A DNA stretch of 64,000 bases from Vicugna vicugna. Taxonomy: Eukaryota. Position 1 is the first letter of the stretch. Every line of letters begins with the position of its first letter. Shown here in pieces: positions 51,562 through 63,354 of the stretch. Location of the stretch: the NCBI GenBank assembly GCA_013265495.1, contig MU058213.1, positions 6,221,149 to 6,285,148 on the forward strand, written 5' to 3'. Both the position numbers and the translations under genes were made by a program. The notes under the pieces are model-generated. The model was not told where the DNA came from. It saw nothing but the letters and a program-made list of their open reading frames with translations, and made no database searches.

Positions 51562-52789
51562 TCCTAACCTTTTCTTTAAAAAGAAAATCAATGTTAAAAA
51601 AAAAAAACTCACATCTACTTATTTCACAGCAGCAGACTATAATGTGAAAATATGAAGATGAAAAAAATAATTTCTTGGGTATGAAGAATACTTATTCTTT
51701 GTATTTGAAACTCTTGATTCCACCAGTGATTAGAACTCAATTGGTTAAGCATTAATCTTTACCTTTTATCTTAATATCAGAACACAGGATTGCATAACTA
51801 CTTTTTATACTCCCTGTGATACAGGATGACTGGGGAAAAGACAGGGAAATGCAAAGAGAGAAGTACCAGGAATGAGACATTATTAATTATTAATAATGGG
51901 ACACTACCCTTCCATGCACTCACTTGGGGAATGGAGGGGTTAGCGAGCCATGGATGCTAAGAATAGACAGCACATTCACCACTGACCAGAATCCCAAGGC
52001 TGTCTATGTGTTACTCATGGTTTAGACAAATATCTGGATTAAACAGTTATCTTACAGTTTCCTCTGCTCCCACATAAAACTTCCTTTAAAGCCAAGACAA
52101 CAATCCTGGGGTAGGTGGACCAGGTTTTTCTTTCCAGCAGTGGCACTGCTTCTTTTCTGGAAGTCTTTCAAATGTAGCTAAAACACATGGAGTTAGTACT
52201 TCCTAGCACATTTGAATATCACTTTATAGTTTGCGAAACACTGTTATATAATTAGTTCTTCGAATTATTTAATTGCTGGAGTCATTCTTTTTTTCCTACT
52301 GAGAGTCTTAGCAAAAGCCTGGCTCCACTTCTGAATGCCTCATTCTGCTAAGCAGAGTTAAAAACACTTCCCTCCTCTTTTCACTTTTTAATTTGAGGCA
52401 GAGGAGGAGGTGCATCACTGAACATCTGGCCACCGTCAGGGATCCATTCAGAAGCTCAGCTGCAAGGTGCGTCTTGCTACCAATACATCTGGTCCAGCTT
52501 CTGCCCCTTCTGTATCCGTGGGCCATGCAGCCGCCATGAGTTTCGGAATGATAACCTAATGGTCCAAGCCACTCTATTCATGAAGAAAGAGAACTAGGAA
52601 AAGAGTACACCAGGACATTGGGAGTGAGGGGACAGATTATTTTGTTTCTTTCTTTTTTTTTTTTAACCAAGAAAACATACATTCACTTAAAAAATGGAAT
52701 AAACCAAACACCACAATCCCCACATATTCAGATACATGAGATTCTTATTTTCATTGTGGGTTGTGACATGCTTGCTATCCATTGAATTA

Positions 52790-53545
52790 TAAGAAAAAAT
52801 ATGAAAAAATGATTAATATTGTCAAAAAACAATGTTATAGAAAAGATCTCATTCAAACTAGGAGCAAAAGTTATAAAATGCCAGTATTACACATGAAATG
52901 TGAGAAGAAACGTAAGAAAAACATAGGACTTATCAAAGGTCCTAAAAGAAGAGTTGATGGAGATGCATATTATGTTTGTGGATAAAAAGACTTGGCTATA
53001 AAAATGTTCACGTTCTCAAATTGCTCTCTAGAGCTTCTACAACTGCAGTCTAAGGTTTCAACAGATTTTGTTCTGGACCTTTGACATGTCGACCCTAAAT
53101 TTTATCTGGATGAGTAAATGAAGATGAACTGCCAAGAACTCATTTAAGAAGGAATATAATTAGGGAGGTCGTGCCCAAGCAAACATAAAACCATATTCTA
53201 AAACTAGAGTAATTACAGTCTGCTGCTGGTAACTAGTTCAAGAAAAAAGAAAAGGATCAAAGGAAGAGAAGATGCCAGGAACAAATTACACATGTGAATT
53301 TAATGTAGGATCAAGGTGGCACTTCAGAACACAGCGTGAAGAATGCCTTATTTATTTTTAGAACCACTAAACATCCATTTGGGAAAAGTCATATGGTGTG
53401 GTCTCTTTACGCCAGAAGTAAATTTCAGATGATATGAGGAGTTAACTTTGAAAATATAGAAAAGTTGTAGAGGAAATACGTATATGATTATATAAAGTTG
53501 GGGGTAAGAAAGGCAATCTAGGAAAGACCAAAAAAAGAAAAAAAA
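52790..53545 (+). mobile_element. Old, highly diverged L1M ORF2 fragment
   Basis: A-rich tract with TGGAGATGCATATTATGTTTGTGGAT..AAGACT, CCTAAATTTTATCTGGA, ATATTCTAAAACTAGAGTAATTA, CCAGAAGTAAATTTCAGATG, resembling L1 ORF2 downstream of the RT domain. Confidence 0.65.
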
Positions 53546-53596
53546 GACCCACTGCTTAATGATACCAGACCCACAGCATCTTCCAGAACCGTAGAG

Positions 53597-53690
53597 CACT
53601 GGGAAAAGTGGAATTACCTGGAACCCTTGTAAAAAACAGATTCCTGAGCCTCACCCCAAACCTGCTGAATCACCCCCCCTAGGTGGATAT
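53597..53690 (+). mobile_element. MER5-family fragment
   Basis: GGAATTACCTGGAACCCTTGTAAAAAACAGATTCCTGAGCCTCACCCCAAACCTGCTGAATCA. Confidence 0.7.
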
Positions 53691-54042
53691 GATACCCCGC
53701 CATGTTTTGGAGGCCTCTGGTCTTGGTGGGGAGCGGGCAGGAGGATTCAGATTGCAAGGCATTAGCTAGGCTGCTGCAGCCTTGACATCACAGAAGGTCC
53801 CCAGGTGCTGTTCATACAACAGTTCTGCTTTTGTAAAGTCCCCTAGGAACTAGTCTCCTTTTTTTTTTTTTTTACAGAAGTCGGCTATATTAAAATAACC
53901 CCCAACTCCTTCCCCTTTCCCCCATCAAAAGCCCCCACCAAACCTCTTAAGCTCAGCAGCATGGCAAAAATACATCCTGATCAGTTTGCACTTTGTGCTG
54001 CACCAAATTACAGCACAGTCATCAGTTCTCAAGTATCTGCTA

Positions 54043-54230
54043 ACGGTGGCTCTCAACACTGGCTGCCTTAAGGAATCACCCAGGAAACTTTGAGAAGTAC
54101 TACAGTTGTGTTTGAGATCCACCCCCAGGAACTCTGATTTCAACTGGTCTAGGATGGAGTCCAGGGCTTGACTTTTTTTTGTTTTTTTTTAAAGCTCCAC
54201 AGGTGCTTCTAAACTAGATTGAGATCACTG
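54043..54230 (+). mobile_element. MER5-family (MER5A1/B-like) MITE
   Basis: CGGTGGCTCTCAACACTGGCTGC...GAATCACCCAGGAAACTTT...TCTGATTTCAACTGGTCTAGGATGG...AAAGCTCCACAGGTGCTTCTAA...TTGAGATCACTG. Confidence 0.85.
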
Positions 54231-55331
54231 GCAATGCCCAGAAAAAACCCCTGCTCCCCGAGTTCCACATCTTAATGAGACACGGGAATCCTAATTGTTC
54301 TGCAAGGTAACCCAGGACGTATGAGCTGAGAGCATTTCAGACAAGGTGCCGTGGACACATGGAAGAGGAAGGAGTCTGTCTGGGAAGGGTTGTCTGAGGG
54401 GATGGGATTTTGTTGAGCCTACATCTAGAAAGTTATCTAAGAGAGGGCACCCAGACAGAGGAGAGGGGAGAAAAAGGACCATCAGAAACCCTAGGTTAGC
54501 AATGAATTACTTCATTTTTCCTCCCACAACCTCTCAATATGAACATCTAAATATATACTATACACACACACATAAATATGCCTCCTTTATTATTTCTTCC
54601 TGCAATTATAATCTTCTAACAGAAGATTCTGTCGTGTGTATGAAATGGTCATAACCATGTGTTCATCACACTTCTAGACAAGGCTGTCTTTCCTCCAGCC
54701 CTGGGATAAGGCAGAAACGGATGCCTTTCCCCAGCCCAGTAATGCACTTCCAACAATCTGTACCACATACAAAAGGGGGAACTGAACTCACTCTATTCAG
54801 AAAATTCAAATGCAATAAGCCCACTTTAAATTACCCTGCCAATTAGAAAGGAGGGTGACGGGACATTTTGCCAAGGACTTTTCAAATAGGCAAGCTGCCC
54901 CCTCCAAATTCAACGAATACACGCTAATTCATTTCCTTCTGTGATCTCTCATCTCTGCCATTCGTCCCTCCCCAAACCAGTGGATGTGAAAGTTTCAAGC
55001 TGGGAAGAGCAAGTAGAGATGGGTCGGTTTTCCTGAAACATTTCTCATCTTACTCAGTTGTTCCCAATTTTGATGTATTTCCTTACCGGGCAGCATGTAA
55101 CTAACTCAAAGACAATTTGTTAAGAGACTGAAGGTAAGTGGTATGGTTTCCCTAAAGTTTAGTGAGCCAGGACTTTAACAAGTTTGTTATAAAAAGGCTA
55201 ATGTACTGTGTTGGGAATGGTTGCTTCCAACTTTAGGGGGAGGCAGGAGAGCCAGAAGGCATATAGAGCTTCAGCCGTGCCTGGGTTGTGATACTTTACA
55301 TAGTATCAGTGACTGGATTCAAAGCATATTA

Positions 55332-55377
55332 TAATGTTCTTGTTCATACTCAATGTAATGTTCTTATTCATACTCAA
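55332..55377. repeat. 24-bp tandem duplication
   Basis: TAATGTTCTTGTTCATACTCAATG followed by TAATGTTCTTATTCATACTCAA (1 mismatch). Confidence 0.9.
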
Positions 55378-55406
55378 ACGTATCACCTCTAGAAAAAGAA
55401 TGAAGC

Positions 55407-55537
55407 GGGGAGGGTACAGCTCAGTGGTAGAGCACATACTTATCAGCTCTAAGCTCCTGTTCAATCCCCAGCACCTCCATTTAAACAAGCAAACAAACAA
55501 ATAAACAAACCTAATTACCACCAGAAAAATTTTTTTT
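55407..55537 (+). mobile_element. Vic-1-type SINE, long-tail form, diverged middle
   Basis: GGGGAGGGTACAGCTCAGTGGTAGAGCAC...GTTCAATCCCCAGCACCTCCATTT...AAACCTAATTACC; TSD AAAGAATGAA (55395-55404 / 55538-55547). Confidence 0.9.
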
Positions 55538-56407
55538 AAAGAATGAAAACTATTCTTATTTCCTTTTTGAAAAGAATTAAATTGAAGTACAGAGAGTTAA
55601 ATAATTTGTTCTACTCAGTTCCAGGAAACATTAGGAGGGGAGAGGGGGCACCTCTTTCCTGATCACCAGGCAGGCTTCTGCCTCCCTCTCGGGGTGCAGC
55701 AGATCCGCAAAGGCTGCTTGCGATGGCTCCTGAGTCACCTTCACACCCTCGCTGGAGGACACACTGAGTCATGGCAGCATTAACTGGGATCACACTTGCA
55801 GAAGGATGAAAATTGGAGTTCCAAGAATGAAGCAAAAGGAAAAGAATGGAGATAAAATTCAAAAGGACAGAGTTTTTAGCATCCATCAGTCAACAAACTA
55901 AAGACGGAGCCAAGACAAATCACGTGATGCAGTCCCTGCCCCCAGGGACCACAGGCATTCCTGTGGGTGGGGGGTGGTTGGGACGCTGGATCCACAAGCC
56001 CAGCAGGAGTCTGTGGAAAAGCTGTGAATGCCCAGGCAATGAGGAGAACATACAGGAACGTGGAAAAGTCAAAGGGAAAGATGGAAGTTCTGAGGAGTAT
56101 CAAGAAATGGAAATCATTTCTGACCTCAAGGGGCTTAGAGTCTATCTGGGCTCATAACACAACAGATAGCAATGCAAAATTACATGTAATTAAATACCAA
56201 ATAAATAACTCCAAGACATGGACTAGGATATGAAGAAGGAATGATCTCAGTGAGAGAAATCAAAGGTTTCCAGGAAATGAGAAGCCCTTTACTTGGACCT
56301 CAAAGGATTCCAATAAACGGCAAGGGAAGTCCAGTCATGGAAAATGGCCTGACCAAGGAGTGTACTCTAGCCAGGCTATTAAATATGAAAGTGAGAATCA
56401 GCTCATT

Positions 56408-56820
56408 TTCAGTCAGTCAATCAATCAGTGTTTATTGAGCACCTGTAGTATGCAGGCACTACGCCAGGAGCTAATAGGACTAGCATTCGGGCTGCCCTCA
56501 TGGAGTTTCCACTTTCTACCAGGACGACTGAAAAACAAGAGTTGGACAGAGGCAGCCTGGAATAGACTTGAGACAGTACTGCATTTTGGGCTTCAGCCTA
56601 TTCTCAGTAACAGCTGAGGGGTTTTGAGTGAGAGCGACAGGTGCAAAGCTGTCTTTACCAGGAAGATGATTCCGGCAATGCTGTTTCTGTGAATGACAAG
56701 GTCTTGGAAGAATGAAGATCACTTTAAAAACTCTTGTGATGGTCCCAGTGTAAGAAAAACTAGGCGACAGCGTGAAAAGGAAGGGGACCGTAGTGTGAGG
56801 ACATACTCCCAGGGCTTGAG
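56408..56820 (-). mobile_element. L2 fragments
   Basis: TCAGTCAGTCAATCAATCAGTGTTTATTGAGCACCTGTAGTATGCAGGCACT...CTGCCCTCATGGAG; GAGGGGTTTTGAG...GATGGTCCCAGTGTAAGA. Confidence 0.7.
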
Positions 56821-57483
56821 AACCAACAGGAATCTGGAAGGGAAGAGGACAGACAAGGACCCTGATGTCTCCACCCTAGGTGTCCAGGGGAACACTAAAA
56901 GGAAAACCAGTGGAAGGTTAAGCCACTTTCTCCAGCCCCAGGATTGGAACATTCTGGAAGCTGGGCTTTCTTCAATGCTCCTCTCTGATTTCATGCTACT
57001 GATATTCCCCAGTCTGGATCCCTTCTTTCCTTCTCCAGACTGACAAAATCTGCTCTCGGGCAGCTTTAGAAGGTTAGGCAGACTAGTTCATGGTGAGGGG
57101 TTACTAATGGACAAGTGCAGTGGTTCAGGAGGATCAGCAAAGGAAGAAAGCTCACTGTCAACAGCGGCCCTGGAGGAGATGCTCTGGGTGGAGGTTTTCC
57201 AGGCCCATCACAGACAACCACAGTTGCGTGCATCTACTTAAGGACAGCTGACTCCAGAAATGCCTGGGAGAAAACTCTCCCTCAGTCGCACTCCCGAGCC
57301 CAGCCTTGTCATTTCCGCTCCAACAGGATAATCAGAGACGATTGACTGCATTCTTGAAAGCTCGGGGCCTTTAGCTGCATCCTCGTCCTCGAAAGATGAT
57401 ATCCTGGAGGACAAGCTTCAGAATTCCCCTGGGGATGTGTTCAGAATTATGTTACCTTGCTTGGACCACAGTGTCCCCCTGCA

Positions 57484-57600
57484 CTAGTGCTTTGCAGTCA
57501 CCTAGAAATCTTGTTAAAATACAAATTCAGAATCGGTAGATCTCAGGTTAGGGCCTGAAGTTCTGCAGTTTCTAATAACATCCTAGGCGATGCCCATTCA
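57484..57600. mobile_element. MER5-family fragment, followed by a MIR fragment (~57605-57740)
   Basis: AGTCACCTAGAAATCTTGTTAAAATACAAATTC...TAGGGCCTGAAGTTCTGCAGTTTCTAATAACATCCTAGGCGATGC. Confidence 0.7.
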
Positions 57601-57922
57601 GGTGACCTTGAATTTAAATCCCTCCTCTGACATTTTTCAGATGCATGACCTTTAGAAGGTCACCTCACTCATGCATTGTTTCCTCTTCTGTAAACCAAGA
57701 AAAACAATACCTACCTCAAAAGAGGTGCTGGGCAGCACAGAGGGGGTCCTCAGTATCTGTTCATTCCAACCACAGGCTCTCGTCTCCTTGACGGTGTGGG
57801 TAACTGTTCACAGAAACATGCCTGCCCACCCTCCACAAATGCCAAGGCCTCCGGGGGAAGTACTGAGAAGGAAAAGCGCAGAACACCCTCAAACTACAGA
57901 AATCTTCATCATCTTATAATCC

Positions 57923-58480
57923 TGAGACAGGAGGAAAGGGGGCAGGGCACAACCATTAAAAGAACGACACAGCAATTGAGGACAGGACGGAAACTGGTTA
58001 GAACCTGACTAGGCCCAAGATGGTGGAAGATTCAACTCCCAGTAGACCCTGAACCTCCCTATACGCTCATCATAGTACGTGAGTGTAGTAAATGGCACCC
58101 CCACAGGTGCCATGACAGTTCTGAGTCTAACCATAAAAGGCCAAAAAGTGGGCGGCGGCCCAATTCCTGGGAGTGCCCGCCCCTTCCCCAAAACAGTTGG
58201 AATCATCCTCCCACCTGTTAGCGTATGAAATGACTCAGCCCATAAAAACTAACCATCCCCACACCTCGCTGCCTCTTTCTCCCTCTCGCCTTCTGAGACG
58301 GCCCACACTCTCTGGAGTGTGTATCTCCCTGAGTAAGTCTACCTCCACTCTACGATGGCTCGGCTCTTGAATTCTTTCCCATGTGAAGCCAAGGACCCTC
58401 ACTTGGCAGGGCGCACGCCCCAGGGACCTGCCTGAGACCTGAGACATGGCCATCCTCTTGTGCCCCATTTTCCAGCGACC
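57923..58480 (+). mobile_element. ERV1 solo LTR, MER41-like (related to cetartiodactyl MER41_BT-type LTRs)
   Basis: Starts TGAGACAGGAGGAAAGGGGGCAGGGCACAACC; internal CACAGGTGCCATGACAGTT, CATAAAAA (TATA-like), CTCTTGAATTCTTTCC..GTGAAGCCAAGGACCC; exact 4-bp TSD ATCC (57919-57922 / 58481-58484). Confidence 0.85.
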
Positions 58481-61400
58481 ATCCTGCATTACTACAAACA
58501 TGTCCAAAAATAGCATTATCTTGTATCTGTCTGAGTGATTTATAATATTAAGATCTACTACACGATTTCCCAGCCCTGAAATTCCCAAACTCTAGCTTGA
58601 AGGGAAAGAAAGCATCTCTTTTCTAAGAGGAATAGATTTAGCCAACACCAGTCTATTTAAGGTTCTTCAACATTCACATTTCCCTTTCCCAAGTCAGATT
58701 ATTCCACCCTGCATTGAAAATTACTCCCCTAATGCATTATAAAGCTGTTTGATCTAAAACGTGTCATTTACCCCGAACTTGGGAAAATGCATTTACTTTA
58801 TGAACCAGAATAGTTTTATACTAGGAATTCTTTGTCATAGGTGAGGAGGCAAACCTCCCCGTTTCTACATTTTGAAAAGCAAACCACAGCTCTGTAAATG
58901 CATAGCTTTGCCAGGCTAAGCATCAACATTCTCTTGCATGCATTAACCTTTTAACCCCCCAAACTAAAGTATGGGAGCCAAGTGAACAAAATCACATAAA
59001 CATCAGCCTCCAAAATAATCTTTATTTGTTGTACACATAGAGTGTATGTAATTTTTAAAAAATCCTCTCCCTTTCTCTCACTTTCTCCATCCCACACCCA
59101 GAAAAACTCCTATTTAGAGAAAGCCACACCTATCACTGAAGACTGACCAGCCTTTCAAAAAAACGTTAAGAGCAAACATTAAGAGCCATTCAAAACCAAA
59201 GGAAATGCCACAGCACTCCTGAAAGAAGTTCTAACTCTCTCTTCATGCAAACGAAGCGACTGGAATTTGTGAGCAGCAAAATAAACAAACCAATTAAGCC
59301 ATTAGCATGTCTCCTTGGAGACCATCTGGCCTTTGGAGGCGCGCAAATCCAGAGCCCACTCTGAAAGGTGAGTGGCGAGTCTGCTTAACGAGAAACAAAA
59401 GCATTAAATTCTCCTCCTGAAACCAAGACAGATAAAAGTGTTGTCAGGAAATACTACACTCTGAAGGCCCACATAGCTGAATAAGCAGAGCCTTCTTATC
59501 CTGTCTGTTAATCTGGCAGTGATCGTTAATATCACCAAAACCAGTCCAACCACTCCCCTGAACCAGCGGAGAAAAGTCCTAAATAGAGGTCACAGGTCAC
59601 TCCCGATTTGGAAAGGTTCCCTCTGGAGCTGGGAACTTTACATCAGGAAGGGTCCTGGTGAATTCCGTTCCATTTCTGCACCACCCCTGAGGGGACAAGT
59701 TGGGACTGGTTGTGTGGCCTTCTGCAATCACCTCGCCTCCCCTGGTCTCAGTTGAAGAAGGTTGGAATAAAGGAAGAGTGCGACCTAGAAACCATTCCAG
59801 CTCCCTGCTCAGTCTCTGGCTTCTGCAGGAGCCCAGCTGAATTTGTTAATATCCTGTTGTATTACAAGAAGAGGCTAAAGGAAGCCCAACTGAGTTTATC
59901 TGGGGGGTATTTTTATCTCTGGAAAGCACTTCCAGTTTGCAATCTGTTATTAGCTGGTCTACCGTGACTCCCCGGTTCTCATTAATCACTCGTTACTGGC
60001 GGCTGGGTTGCTACCACCTTGCTGCCCTGGAAAGGTTTCGGTACTTCGTGCACTTGCGGTCAAGTGGGGACAGCTGGTTCAATTCAACAAACTCGCTGAT
60101 TCTACCCCGTGCCAGACGTCATGGCAGCTGATGGAAAGACAAAACTCAGCATGACACAGTGTCCCCTTAAGGAGTTTACAGCCCAGCAGGACAGAACAAT
60201 AAACATTTCATGAAATAATATCACTCGGAAACCTCCCATTGGCAGGAGGGCCCCAACTTGCCTTGTGTGTTATCTCAACCCTGCCGTTCCTGGTCTGCAA
60301 GCCACTTAAAACTCCTCCCTCAAAATGTTCTCACTGCTGATCATTTATCTTCCCAGACCCCATGAGTTACCTGGACGTCTCCCTTTCCCCCTCACCTCAC
60401 CTTGGGGGCCAATTACACACTCTGAGACCTCAGACCACCTCACCTATCCACCTGGAGCTGTCTGGAAAACATGCCCTCCAAAAACCTCAAACTGCCAATT
60501 GGCATATTTTGTTAGCGATTACTTCTAGTACAAAGACTTCACGGGGACGGTTTGAATTTACCAGGATTCGGATGCCCCGTGGATTTCTAAACATCTGAAT
60601 TCAACCTGTCCTCCAAAACCACATGCAATAAAAAAGCAGACTGTCTGCTTCAAAATCCCGTTTCAAATTCATTCAACCCTTTCTCCCAGCTATTATCTCT
60701 GCCTATGCCTTAAACATCCACGCTTGTGAAAATCACTGGTAACCTACACAATGGATTCCGTTTTCTGGGAGAACTATTTCCACAGACTCAGAAACAGTTG
60801 CAGGGGAAGGCTGTCTGCCCTGGTTTCAACATTATAGCTGGCTGACGAGTGAAGACAGACAAGACAATGGGCAGAATGCCTCTCCCGCCTTCTGTGAAGC
60901 AGCCGCTCAGTTTTCAGGTGCCCTTTTCAGCATCCCTATGCTTCTCCCCCTTCCTGTCCTCACCGTTCCATCTCTCCAAAGGGCACGCTGAATGAAGTGA
61001 GGAGTGACACCTCCATCAGACACCTCCAGCATTCCCACTAGAATCAAAGCTCCAGTGACAATTGAATCGCAGGGTGCTTTCATGGATTCACTCCTCCCGT
61101 TTCATTCCATTAGCTGAGCGACCAAGAGCCTCGGAAACTGGAGCGCATTTGAAGAGTGCCTCACTGTGTTGGCAGCTCTGCACTCTACTTTTTGTCCCTC
61201 AAGATAAAGACCTGGGGAGCAGGTTTACCGAGTGTCTAACTCACACACAGCAGAAGGAAATGCAAGCTTTTTCCCTCCAATACTAGGTTTTAGAAAAGTA
61301 CTGTACAGACCTAGTATGGCAAGTCACAGAATGGGGGTGACACCCAAAGATGAACAAGAAGGGACAATTAAAAATAATACAAATAATAATAAACAGAGGG

Positions 61401-63354
61401 ACGATAAAAGGCCCACAAGCAATCATGAGATCTTTGCAGATAAAGAGCTCTGGGATTTTGACGATAACTTCCAACCATGAAATTTAAGAAGGTGGAAGTG
61501 GGGCTGATCTAAATGGAGAATTAGACCACGGGGATGGGGAAGGGGAAGAAATTGATGGCTGCCAGACACCAGCCAATGGTGAGACTATCCAAGCCTGCAA
61601 GGGGCCAAGCAAGTAGCTGAACTTGGCCAGGTGACCTAGGTGAGAGAAGAGGCAAAGAGGCAGGAGGAAGCCACGCTGCACGGGGGAAATCCACGGGCCT
61701 TGGCAGGTGGTGGAATCTTGCGATTCTGTACATCGCATATTGAGGGCATATAAAATACACCTGTGCCAGCTGACACTTACATACAACTGCCACAAACACT
61801 GAAGACTGATTCACAGCCCCCTAAAAGGTGACAGTGCCTTGTTGTCTCTGTACAGCAGACAACGCTTGAGTCCCCACTGGCCACAGAGGTGCCAAGCAGG
61901 GCTCCTGGGAGAAGGAGGGTCCCAAGGGGGGAGGAGAGCGCCCCTCTTCTTTTGGCAGCCTTAATTACGTGTGCTCATGTGTAAGCAGGTGCAAACTATG
62001 TATTTCCTGCCTACAAGAGTCTAGAAGGGCAAGAGCTTTGTGGGGAAGGACAGGAATGCGAGATAGATGGAGAATGTAGCTGGGGCTTGGGGGCAGGAGT
62101 GAGAAAGAGCTAGAAGGAAGAGGCTATGAAAATTCCAATTTTTTTCCTACACCCCAAGCCCTTGTCCTATAGAATAGAAACAGAGCACAGAGCTCTGTCC
62201 CAAAGTACAGTCATTTCCTTCTTATTACGTGTCCTCAAGTAATAAATGTTAATTTTATAATGAAAGAACAATGAAGCCCCACCAGGGAAATAAGGAGCTT
62301 TCAACTATTTACATAAAAGTCAAAACATTATGCCCTTGATTTATATTTGAAGTCTGTATGGGACGTATTTCTCTTCGTGATCACAGGAGAATATGAAAAG
62401 CTAATCAATACAAGACCAGTGCTTTATAACTATTCTGAAAAATCAAGTTAATCGTCAGTCAATAACACATACCATTGCCACATGGTAACTTATAGTGGTT
62501 TAATGTCTCTGGGAATCTTACAAAGAATTATTTTAACTCAGTATTTTCAACTTCCCTTCTCTCTAAAGATTTATTATATTTGCTTTTCAAACATTTCCAG
62601 TAAAAGGAGGTTTTAGACCAAGGTCCCTGGACAAGAGACTCGTAGTCTAAGGCCACATCTTCTATTAACTTGGTGAGTGACCTTGGTCAGGCTACTTAAA
62701 TTCTCTAAACTTTAGAGAGTCATTTGGGGAGGCCATGCACCAGTTTAGGGACTTAGGGTTCTTCTTCCCGGGGAAAAATGGACACAAGGAGACAGGCACA
62801 AACTTCAGCATACAATTTCAAAGCACCACCGCCCTCCCCGACCCCACTCTCTGCCTCCAAGAAGGCTCTAGGACATTTCTCATCTTGACATTCTGTTTAA
62901 AGGTAACTGAGCGTTGAAAGAGACAAGCATTATTTGCATAGCCATCACCATGATACAGGTGTGTATGAGAAGGAATGAATAGACGAATAAGCATGAACTA
63001 GCTCTCTGCAAATCACACCTAAAGGTCGTGCCTGAGTAGAGCTAGGATTATAGGGTGGGGGCCACCCCCCTGCTCTGCACACCAAAACTGTGGATGCCGA
63101 GATATCACTGCCAGATGCTCCTGCGGATGAGATCAGGCCAAACTTTAAGGAGTCCCCCCAGTGCCTGGAGATGTCTACCATATTCTGTAAAACTAAGAGT
63201 CAAAGAGAAGCTACTTACTTTGGTTCTGTGCACCAAAGGGGTTCTATACACCAAGGGGGTACACCCCTCCTTCCAGCCCAAGGAATAGGTAGTATCAAGA
63301 GCTGAGAGCTGAGGTTTTTGCATTATTTAAATTTCAATGTAACACAAGAGGTAG

